The position numbers were made by a program, and so were the translations under genes. A DNA stretch of 11,666 nucleotides from Bacteroidota bacterium (GTDB lineage: Bacteria; Bacteroidota; Bacteroidia; Bacteroidales; WCHB1-69): positions 1 to 11,666 of the forward strand of contig JAKPTX010000128.1 of the NCBI GenBank assembly GCA_029570835.1, given 5' to 3'. This document shows, piece after piece, positions 1-6,176 of this stretch. Every line of letters starts with the position of its first letter. Positions within the stretch are counted from its first letter, which is position 1. The notes beneath the pieces were generated by a model, which was given only the letters and a program-made list of their open reading frames with translations, was not told the origin of the DNA and did no database searches.

Positions 1-95
1 CGTTTTCAAACAAAAAAGCCACGCCAATAGTCGCATGTAGTCAAAAGCCGCATGCTAATCTTTTAATGTGTCTAAAAAAGAATTATAAACAAGAG

Positions 96-112
96 GTGCT
101 GTAAATCAGCAC
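96..112. other. Small perfect hairpin gtgctg-taaat-cagcac (6-bp stem, 5-nt loop) distal to the GmrSD-like gene and element C3. It could help terminate the minus-strand transcript, but no immediate U-run follows.
   Basis: Read directly: gtgctg at 96-101 and cagcac at 107-112 are exact reverse complements. The T-run on the minus strand begins about 15 nt beyond the stem. Confidence 0.2.
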
Positions 113-138
113 TCCACAACTAAATTATTTTCGAATGA

Positions 139-230
139 AACGTTTGGCATTTCGAAGTGGTTTCCTATCAAGTTACAACTACTTTTGATACGAGCTAAAA
201 CGCTCGATAAACCACTGACCGCCAAATGTT
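139..230. repeat. C3, a shorter and diverged third copy of the structured element family (compare 2497-2605 and 3811-3919). Its conserved core is enclosed by its own two-part closing stem, and it sits 36 nt beyond the 3' end of the minus-strand GmrSD-like gene.
   Basis: The core segment tttcctatcaagttaca (161-177) is identical to C1 2527-2543, and accactga (211-218) matches C1 2577-2584 with similar spacing. The outer stem is aacgtttggc (139-148) with gccaaatgtt (221-230), 10 bp with one G-T wobble. The inner stem is agtggtt (155-161) with aaccact (210-216). An internal hairpin is cgagc-taaaac-gctcg (191-206). Confidence 0.4.
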
Positions 231-265
231 TTATATACGATGTTAGAGCCATGTGCATTATTTTC

Positions 266-1993
266 TTAGAAGTTTTCAAGTATAAATTTCACTATTTTTT
301 CTTTACGCAGACTGATTTTTTCTTTGTCCCAAATTTCCGATTCCACTGTCATTTTTTGAATTTCTCGTTGTTGTCCAAGATGATTATACGAACTTCTTTT
401 CTCGCTAAATGGTCTGTTCCCTACAGAACAATTGTGAGATTTTGAAAGAAGCAAATAATTTCCTAAACAGTCAATGTATTGGTTTCTAAATTCTTCATCA
501 TACTCACAATAACCTGCTGCAATTGGTTCTCCATTTGTTGGTGTTTGTGGTGCGATATGTTCTAATTCAGGACTTTCTATATTGTCAAAACGAGTCAAAG
601 AATAACCGTTTTTTCCTTGGTTTTCAGGATGATTTTCGTATTTCCAAAGTAAAAATTTGGCAGTTGCATGATGCATTCCGCCTTGTATTGATTTCTCAAA
701 TTCAGTCGTATTCCAATAAGCCCACCACCAATCAGTTGTGTTTTTCATCCAAACAATTCTATCAATTATGGGCTTTAAGTCTGGTTGTTCTGCTTTAAAT
801 TCTTGGTAAACACCATTTATTCTTGAAGTCATTTCTGCTCTTGTTCCAATAAGTCTATGGCGCAAAACCAATGATTCCATTGATGAACAAATCTTGCAGA
901 TTTCTTTTGTTTGTAGTCCGAAAGTATATGCTTTAATAACAAATGGGATTGCTATTGCAAAACCACCTAAAGTAATAATTGAATGAATCTCGATGTTTTC
1001 TCGTTCATCTTTCCCGAAGAATGTAGTCAAATGCTCAAAACTTACTGCAAGCGAATTTGTAAATGATTTGATAAAAGGAATTGGATTGCTTTCTGATAAT
1101 AGTTTATTGATTTTATCAATTGCATTTGATTCCCAAAGTGAATTGAAATGAACCCGCAAAGTGTAAACTAAAACATCATCTTCGTCTATTTTGTATTCAA
1201 TCGAAGATATTGATTTATAAATTTTTTCAAAGCGGTTTTTTATTTCTTCAATCAAACTGTCTTTTTCTTCACCACCGTACAGGTGAACATTGAACATGAA
1301 TTGGGCTTTAATAATTTCCAAATTTGAAGGCTTTTTCCCTCGATTGTTCTGGAAAATGAACATCTGAATTGCCTCTGATTCATTTTTTACGGGATGAGTA
1401 GTACAAGTTGCCTCGCTAACTGTTTTTAGCATTTTTATCAAAAACTGTTCGTCTTTATCTGCAAACGATTTTGAAAAAAAATCAAATGCTTTTACAATTC
1501 TTCTTGCTGATTCAGTTTCAATACCGTTTTTGTCTTTTTTTGTTTGATTTAAAACATAATCAATAAACAACTGTTTGTCATAATCTACAGTAGCAAATGT
1601 GTAATTAGACCCCAACTTAACCATACTTTTATAAAGAAAATCTTGCTCCTCCGTTAGAGTTCTTAATTCTTTCAGTCTCGTAAATAAAGCTGAAAGGAAG
1701 ATAATAATAGTGGTTAATCTTTGTTGCCCGTCAATTACACCAAAATTCCTACCCCCTTTTTCTTCAAAAAGGAAATGCCCGAAATAATAGGGACTTTCAA
1801 CTAAACTACGGTTATAATCAATTAAATCTTGAAGAAACACATCTGTATGTGTTTTTGTGTTTTTATTTTTATCATCTGATGGGGTTTCCCAAGAATAAGC
1901 ACGTTGATATGCAGGAACAAATATTTTGTTTCCTGCCAACATATTATTTATCGTTGTTGATGGTTCCATAAAATTATTGTCATTTTTTTGCAA
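266..1993 (-). CDS. GmrSD-family protein: an N-terminal DUF262 (ParB-like NTPase) domain fused to a C-terminal DUF1524 (His-Me/HNH-like nuclease) domain. Likely a type IV (modification-dependent) restriction endonuclease or BrxU/SspE-like defence nuclease. The ORF opens with TTG at 1993, and the first ATG (at 1969, residue 9) is the more plausible start.
   Basis: The translated ORF has the DUF262 hallmarks FVPAYQRAYSWE and VIDGQQRLTT near the N-terminus. The DUF1524 hallmarks ELEHIAPQ and GNYLLLSKSHN lie near the C-terminus. The long ORF is AT-rich with an A-rich leader. Confidence 0.8.
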   Translation of the reverse strand: MQKNDNNFMEPSTTINNMLAGNKIFVPAYQRAYSWETPSDDKNKNTKTHTDVFLQDLIDYNRSLVESPYYFGHFLFEEKGGRNFGVIDGQQRLTTIIIFLSALFTRLKELRTLTEEQDFLYKSMVKLGSNYTFATVDYDKQLFIDYVLNQTKKDKNGIETESARRIVKAFDFFSKSFADKDEQFLIKMLKTVSEATCTTHPVKNESEAIQMFIFQNNRGKKPSNLEIIKAQFMFNVHLYGGEEKDSLIEEIKNRFEKIYKSISSIEYKIDEDDVLVYTLRVHFNSLWESNAIDKINKLLSESNPIPFIKSFTNSLAVSFEHLTTFFGKDERENIEIHSIITLGGFAIAIPFVIKAYTFGLQTKEICKICSSMESLVLRHRLIGTRAEMTSRINGVYQEFKAEQPDLKPIIDRIVWMKNTTDWWWAYWNTTEFEKSIQGGMHHATAKFLLWKYENHPENQGKNGYSLTRFDNIESPELEHIAPQTPTNGEPIAAGYCEYDEEFRNQYIDCLGNYLLLSKSHNCSVGNRPFSEKRSSYNHLGQQREIQKMTVESEIWDKEKISLRKEKIVKFILENF

Positions 1994-2005
1994 TTTAAAA
2001 ATAGT

Positions 2006-2030
2006 ATGGTGGTGGCTACGCCACCACCAT
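2006..2030. terminator. Strong GC-rich hairpin (11-bp perfect stem atggtggtggc / gccaccaccat, loop tac) flanked by T-runs on both strands. It is a bidirectional rho-independent terminator sitting between the 102-aa gene and the GmrSD-like gene.
   Basis: Read directly: 2006-2016 is the exact reverse complement of 2020-2030. On the plus strand it is followed by ttttgttatt. On the minus strand it is followed by actattttt. Confidence 0.6.
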
Positions 2031-2038
2031 TTTTGTTA

Positions 2039-2347
2039 TTATCCAGCTCTTTCACTCAACTTTTTGAATGTTTTATCATATGTTCCTATCCAACTTCCCT
2101 TTTTGAAAATTATAGTAGAACCAGAAGCATTACGAAAGTCGCCAAGTGAAGAAACAGCAGCATCTTTAATTTTTTTGCCTGTTTCGTCATATGTACTATA
2201 CCAACTTCCTTTTACAAAAACGATAAAATCACTACCGATACCACAAAGGTCTCCAACTGATGAAGCTGCAATATCTTTAATTTTCTTACCATTACCGTCA
2301 AAAACTGTGTACCAGCTACCTTTTAATTGAACGTCTGAAATTGCCAT
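2039..2347 (-). CDS. Small protein built from three tandem copies of a roughly 36-aa repeat (KGSW-Y/I-x-x-YD-x-x-GKKI...). It resembles WG/KWG-type beta-repeat proteins, and its function is unknown.
   Basis: The ATG at 2345-2347 was confirmed and the leader is A-rich. The repeat KGSWYTVFDGNGKKIKD / KGSWYSTYDETGKKIKD / KGSWIGTYDKTFKKL is visible in the translation. It is also visible as a 108-bp DNA periodicity. Confidence 0.6.
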   Translation of the reverse strand: MAISDVQLKGSWYTVFDGNGKKIKDIAASSVGDLCGIGSDFIVFVKGSWYSTYDETGKKIKDAAVSSLGDFRNASGSTIIFKKGSWIGTYDKTFKKLSERAG

Positions 2348-2408
2348 ATTATCAATTTTTATTTTTTCGCCTACTCTGATTAGTTTTCGGCTTCCCTAAT
2401 TTAAATTT

Positions 2409-2416
2409 CAAAAATA
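2409..2416 (-). promoter_or_regulatory. Candidate Bacteroidota-type -7 promoter element (TATTTTTG on the minus strand, matching TAnnTTTG) about 60 nt upstream of the 102-aa gene start.
   Basis: The plus-strand sequence caaaaata at 2409-2416 is the reverse complement of TATTTTTG. A TTTG lies upstream on the minus strand, but the spacing is shorter than the usual 19-21 nt. Confidence 0.25.
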
Positions 2417-2444
2417 TGTCAAGCCTAAGTCAAAGTATGTCGTT

Positions 2445-2492
2445 GTCTCAAAATCTGTCTGTGTGTCTTTTTTCTTTGCATTGGCTCTAACG
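2445..2492. repeat. TGTC-rich, T-run containing segment (gtatgtcgttgtctcaaaatctgtctgtgtgtcttttttctttgcattggc). It is a direct repeat of the segment at 11604-11660 and directly abuts element C1.
   Basis: By eye, the two segments align as gtatgtcgt / tgtc / tgtc / tgtctttttt / ttgg. The repeat runs in the same orientation about 9.2 kb apart. Confidence 0.4.
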
Positions 2493-2496
2493 GTTG

Positions 2497-2605
2497 ACAA
2501 TATGGCCAGTAAGGGATTGCGGGCGATTTCCTATCAAGTTACACGAGAAGTTGAAGCGGGCTACAACCCTTCGCATACCACTGAAACCCTTATTGGCTAT
2601 ATTGT
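2497..2605. repeat. C1, a 109-nt structured element. A 19-bp closing stem (acaatatggccagtaaggg / cccttattggctatattgt, two G-T wobbles) encloses a 71-nt core conserved with C2. It is a candidate structured ncRNA or structure-specific DNA site.
   Basis: The 5' arm 2497-2515 pairs with the 3' arm 2587-2605. The core shares agtaagggattgcggg, tttcct-tcaa, tacac-gaag, ttga-gcggg and taccactgaaacccttattg with the copy at 3811-3919. The flank aacggttga is shared. Confidence 0.55.
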
Positions 2606-2630
2606 GTGTTGGCGGTTCGTTGTTTCTTTC

Positions 2631-2960
2631 CTAATTCTTTAAGATAAAACTATTTTTCTTATCTGTTAATGAATGTTTTGGGTTTAAAGAACTTTGTATA
2701 TCTGAAATCAATTCATCAATGTTTGAGATTGATTTTCTACGTGCATTATTCCAATCCCAAGTATTGCTATCAATATATTCAGTAATCTCAATTAAATTAT
2801 AATTTGTATTGAAATCATAACTTTTGCACCAGTCATTCCTATAATTATTTATACAAAACAGCCAAAGCATTCCGTCATTCTTAATCATGTAGGATTCGGT
2901 ATTTATACCTGTAAGTCCAAATATCTTAGAAAGTCTATCCTTAATTTCATTTATTTTCAT
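2631..2960 (-). CDS. Hypothetical 109-aa protein, Asn/Trp-rich with no recognisable domain. It is the second gene of a two-gene AT-rich cassette.
   Basis: The ATG at 2958-2960 was confirmed. It lies 18 nt downstream of the 251-aa ORF on the same strand, and the stop lies 10 nt from the outer stem of C1 (25 nt from the C1 3' arm). Confidence 0.5.
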   Translation of the reverse strand: MKINEIKDRLSKIFGLTGINTESYMIKNDGMLWLFCINNYRNDWCKSYDFNTNYNLIEITEYIDSNTWDWNNARRKSISNIDELISDIQSSLNPKHSLTDKKNSFILKN

Positions 2961-2978
2961 AACAATACCTTTTTATTT

Positions 2979-3734
2979 TTAGTTTTTTATCACAGAAATT
3001 ATAGCCTCATGAACCTTATTATTGCTTTCTAGTAATTGAATTAAATTACAAGATGAAAGAGAATTCGTGTCCGAAAAAGAATTGTATCGCCAATATTCAA
3101 ACTGATGACTCATTAGCCACTTTTCGTTCTTAAATATATCCAATAATTCAGATGGTATATTTTCTGAAAATGCAAAAACCTTCAGACTCTCAATAATTTC
3201 ATCACAAATCTTCTTGGGTTTGTCGGAATCATAATCATCAGACTTAGGAACATTATCCTTGTAATGTTTCAATTTTTCGATATTAGATTTTAACAAATCC
3301 ACTAACTTTACAATTGCATCTTTGTCAATACTTGACATAGAATTATCTGTTAAAGAACTCTTTATGTAATCTTTTATTTTGTTCTTGATTGAATCTTGTT
3401 CGTTTCCTGAAATCACTATTTGATAATCAATTGTTTTCTTTGCATCAGATTTTTGAATTAATTTTGAATTATGTCCTCTACGGCAATTATCAAGCGTTTC
3501 ATCTGGATTAAAGAATGAAACATATACCTCTATTGGGCTATCTTGATTACCTGCCCATGATTGTGAGAAGTAATTATCTAATTTTTGAAACAATCCAGTA
3601 ATGCTTTTTGCTTTAATATTATGCTCTATTGCAAAATTAATTACTCTATAATCAGGGAAATCGTAATCCCCCTCAATAAGTTTTGTGGTTACTTCACCAC
3701 CAATCAAATTTAATTCAAATTGTGAGTTTTTCAT
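2979..3734 (-). CDS. Hypothetical 251-aa protein, Lys/Asn/Asp-rich and apparently soluble, with no recognisable motif. It is the first gene of the AT-rich two-gene cassette between elements C2 and C1.
   Basis: The ATG at 3732-3734 was confirmed. The ORF is long and uninterrupted, and element C2 ends 77 nt upstream of it. Confidence 0.55.
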   Translation of the reverse strand: MKNSQFELNLIGGEVTTKLIEGDYDFPDYRVINFAIEHNIKAKSITGLFQKLDNYFSQSWAGNQDSPIEVYVSFFNPDETLDNCRRGHNSKLIQKSDAKKTIDYQIVISGNEQDSIKNKIKDYIKSSLTDNSMSSIDKDAIVKLVDLLKSNIEKLKHYKDNVPKSDDYDSDKPKKICDEIIESLKVFAFSENIPSELLDIFKNEKWLMSHQFEYWRYNSFSDTNSLSSCNLIQLLESNNKVHEAIISVIKN

Positions 3735-3810
3735 TTTAGTACCTTCTATTTTAAAGATTAAACATGAGTTTCCTACTAGTTTCTGGTTTTACAATGACCG
3801 CCAACGGTTG

Positions 3811-3919
3811 AGTGTAGCAGCAGTAAGGGATTGCGGGTTACTTTCCTGTCAAAATACACCGAAGTTTGAGCGGGGCAGAATGCTTGATTTACCACTGAAA
3901 CCCTTATTGCTGCTACACT
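3811..3919. repeat. C2, a 109-nt structured element of identical length to C1. An 18-19 bp closing stem (gtgtagcagcagtaaggg / cccttattgctgctacac) differs in sequence from the C1 stem but preserves pairing.
   Basis: The 5' arm 3812-3829 pairs with the 3' arm 3901-3918, and the pair 3811/3919 extends the stem. There is one G-T wobble at the same position as in C1. The inner stem agtaaggg/cccttatt and the 71-nt core are conserved. Confidence 0.55.
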
Positions 3920-4062
3920 TTGTTACCAACTGGCCTTCTTTCTTGTCAAGCGATACACCTTTTTGTTTATCAACTATTTCTATCATTTCGTTTTGTCTGT
4001 CGGATAGTGTATCAGCAAAGTTTTATTTTTTAAGTGGGATATTTCTTGTTTTTTTCGGGTGG

Positions 4063-4134
4063 GCAAAGCAAGCTCTTTTGCAAACTTTGGTTTGCGGGTT
4101 GGCTTTGAGCGGTTTGCAAATGTGCTTGCTTTGC
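4063..4134. repeat. Long imperfect inverted repeat (gcaaagcaagc-tcttt-tgcaaac ... gtttgca-aatgt-gcttgctttgc). A 26-nt loop between the arms carries ttgcgggtt and tttgagcgg, motifs also found in the C2 core. It lies immediately 3' of the 324-aa gene and is not followed by a U-run on the gene strand.
   Basis: 11 bp plus 7 bp of exact complementarity are separated by a 5-nt mismatch bubble. The 9-mers ttgcgggtt (4091-4099 versus 3831-3839) and tttgagcgg (4104-4112 versus 3865-3873) recur. Confidence 0.4.
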
Positions 4135-4147
4135 GTCCGGGTTCATA

Positions 4148-5122
4148 TTAGTTAAACTTTCCTGTGATTTGTGAAATATCAAATTTGCCGTCAATGTTTT
4201 GAATTTCGATTTTTCCATTCAGAATATCGAAGAAGAAATCGCGAATACGGTCGAAGGTCAAAATGGCGGGCTTTCCGTCTTTTCCAATACCAATATCGTA
4301 AGTTTTCAGCAGTTGTAAACCGAGCGAGGCAGCTGTCAAAAGAAAATGATTTTGAAACTTATCGGTATCCAACAAGTCGGCTGCCAACACTTTACCTATT
4401 ACAGTGTAACTGCGCAACGTTTTCTGAATTTCCTCATTGGTGAGCGTAGTTTTTACCTCATCGGTAGTAATATTCATTTCAATTTTACCTGAATTTTGTG
4501 CCTGTGGAAGTCCTTTGTAAAGTGCGCCCAAGTCAGCCAAACTCAAATTGTAAAGCCTTGCATCGGCGGTAGCAATCATCGGCTCAATTGAAAACGCACT
4601 CGGCAAAAGCAAGGAAATACTGCCTTCTACCCGCACCGACGGCGTGTTGAACGTGCCGACAAGGCTGTTTTTGAGGTCGATTTGCTGCGTAGCAAACACA
4701 CCGCCAACCACTATACTGTTTTCCAACACGACATCATCTGCATAAATGCTGCCCGCCACAAAAGCATTGTAAAGCGCTACACTCTTGGCGTTTATATCGG
4801 AATGGAAAACGAGTTTGGCGTTTTCTGCCCGCGAAACAAGGCTGTTTGCCGAGCCAACGCTCTTTTTGAACGCGATATTGCCTTTTGCCTCGCTGTTGAC
4901 ATAAAGTTCCAATTGCGTGAAAACAGCACCTTGAATTTCGAGGTCGCCGTTTTGGATTTCTAACTTGTGGGCATAAACCGGTCCTTCAACTACCGCATTG
5001 CCCTGCACTGTAATAGTGCGATTGAGTTCCGCGGCCTTTTCGGGCAAAATAGAGCCGCGCACCAGGTTGTCTTTCAATTGTATGTTGCTTTCGTTAAAAC
5101 GAAGTTCTTTTAACTCTTTCAT
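4148..5122 (-). CDS. A 324-aa protein with a bactofilin-like (DUF583-type) beta-helical repeat region at its N-terminus and a distinct C-terminal domain. It is the last gene of the six-gene operon.
   Basis: The ATG at 5120-5122 was confirmed. Residues about 35-175 show the alternating-hydrophobic pattern with Gly/Asn turns (VQGNAVVEGPVYAHKLEIQNGDLEIQGAVF...SIVVGGVFATQQIDL...SVRVEGSISLL), typical of bactofilin beta-helix rungs. Confidence 0.55.
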   Translation of the reverse strand: MKELKELRFNESNIQLKDNLVRGSILPEKAAELNRTITVQGNAVVEGPVYAHKLEIQNGDLEIQGAVFTQLELYVNSEAKGNIAFKKSVGSANSLVSRAENAKLVFHSDINAKSVALYNAFVAGSIYADDVVLENSIVVGGVFATQQIDLKNSLVGTFNTPSVRVEGSISLLLPSAFSIEPMIATADARLYNLSLADLGALYKGLPQAQNSGKIEMNITTDEVKTTLTNEEIQKTLRSYTVIGKVLAADLLDTDKFQNHFLLTAASLGLQLLKTYDIGIGKDGKPAILTFDRIRDFFFDILNGKIEIQNIDGKFDISQITGKFN

Positions 5123-5141
5123 TGTGATATTATTTTTATGA

Positions 5142-6176
5142 TTAAACTGATTTTATTGAGCTGAAATTTAGCATTTTAACAATATTTTCCCGCACACGAT
5201 TTGTGTGTGTATCGCCTGTGGAATAACGATTGCTGACTTCCGCGTTGAAATAACGCCCGATTTTCTCGGCATTGTCTTTGGGAAGGTTTCCCCAAGTTTT
5301 TGCCTGAAAATCAGAAATCATTTCGTTTGCCTGCATTTTTGGCAAAAAATCGGCTTGATACAGATTTTTGTCAATCTGACTTTTTTCGTTTTGCGTTTCG
5401 ATAAAGCAGACAGGCGAATAATGCACGGCTGCAACGCTCTCGTTCAGAACGGTTTGATTGATTGTGTCGTTCAAGCGTTTCTGTTTCACGAGAAAAGTAT
5501 TTGCCTTGCCGATAGTGTCAAACGCGCGTTTTTTGGCAATAGAGGCAGAAAGTCGCACCTGTAAATCGCCGCTCTCCGCGCCAAAAACGGCCACAGTACT
5601 TGCCAAATCGCCTGTCAAGGTGCGTCCTGCATGCTTGTCGCTCTGATTTTTGAAGACGAAAGCAGGCTTGTCCAATTCGTAAATACGGTTGGAAAGTTCG
5701 TTGTCCAAGTCCTCAAAAATTTTCAGGTAACGGCTAGAAATACGCTGATAGTCGCCTTGCATCTGCGTTTGTTTTTCCACACAACGTTTTGCCATTGAGT
5801 GCAGGTGTGCCAAATGGGAATCTAAACGGCTCGAAAGTTCTGCAATCTGCTGGCTGATTTCAGAGCGAATTGTTTTGAAAAAACCTTCTACAATGGTACT
5901 ACCCACTTTCTTTGCGTTGCTGTCGATAGATACAATTTGTGCCGTTTCGGTAGCAACGACTGCACCAGTGAGAACATTTACAGAATTGTTACAATTCGCT
6001 ACACTATTGTCGAAAGGAGTTGTTTCAACATCAATATTTACCTGTACATCTTCGTAAGCCGTACCGCTGTATGGTACACTTCCGCTATATGGTTTTCCAT
6101 CTACAGAACCAGAATAACTGACTCGACCCGAATAGTGAACTGCTATTTGTTTATGAAAACTTTGTCTATAACTCAT
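5142..6176 (-). CDS. Hypothetical 344-aa protein, mainly alpha-helical, a paralogue of the upstream 308-aa protein. It has a Ser/Gly/Tyr-rich N-terminus (YSGRVSYSGSVDGKPYSGSVPYSG).
   Basis: The ATG at 6174-6176 overlaps the TGA stop of the upstream gene (ATGA overlap). It shares GFFKTIRSEISQQIAEL...SSRYLKIF...ELDKP with the 308-aa ORF. Confidence 0.7.
   Translation of the reverse strand: MSYRQSFHKQIAVHYSGRVSYSGSVDGKPYSGSVPYSGTAYEDVQVNIDVETTPFDNSVANCNNSVNVLTGAVVATETAQIVSIDSNAKKVGSTIVEGFFKTIRSEISQQIAELSSRLDSHLAHLHSMAKRCVEKQTQMQGDYQRISSRYLKIFEDLDNELSNRIYELDKPAFVFKNQSDKHAGRTLTGDLASTVAVFGAESGDLQVRLSASIAKKRAFDTIGKANTFLVKQKRLNDTINQTVLNESVAAVHYSPVCFIETQNEKSQIDKNLYQADFLPKMQANEMISDFQAKTWGNLPKDNAEKIGRYFNAEVSNRYSTGDTHTNRVRENIVKMLNFSSIKSV

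Noticed and set aside
1926-2330. Plus-strand ORF of 134 aa overlapping the repeat-protein gene
   Set aside because: It lies antisense to a well-supported minus-strand gene, and its periodicity merely mirrors the 108-bp DNA repeat. There is no independent coding signal.
2494-2522. Sigma-70 type promoter (exact TTGACA at 2494-2499)
   Set aside because: No TATAAT-like hexamer follows at 16-19 nt spacing (ttgcgg is found instead). The TTGACA is part of the element stem and flank, and the host appears to use Bacteroidota-type signals.
2497-2605. Miniature inverted-repeat transposable element (MITE) or inverton with sequence-specific terminal inverted repeats
   Set aside because: Terminal repeats of MITEs are conserved in sequence between copies because a transposase reads them. 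Here the outer 10 bp differ completely between copies while remaining complementary. No target-site duplications or a promoter inside the 71-nt core were evident. An inverton is not fully excluded and is listed as a test.
2497-3919. Integron attC sites delimiting gene cassettes
   Set aside because: attC sites conserve the R'' (RYYYAAC) and R' (GTTRRRY) core sites at the stem base, and their central region varies. Here the opposite holds: the core is conserved and the stems vary. I could not find correctly placed RYYYAAC/GTTRRRY pairs on the cassette strand. No IntI-like integrase or attI is visible in the window.
2497-3919. Retron msr-msd ncRNA (the long terminal inverted repeats resemble a1/a2)
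   Set aside because: No reverse transcriptase ORF (no YADD-type motif) is present in the window. The 71-nt interior lacks a long msd-type hairpin. 109 nt is short for a retron ncRNA.
3685-4155. Plus-strand ORF of 156 aa spanning C2 and the long inverted repeat
   Set aside because: It runs straight through a conserved structured element and a GC-rich hairpin in the only intergenic region. It has no start context and is almost certainly non-coding.
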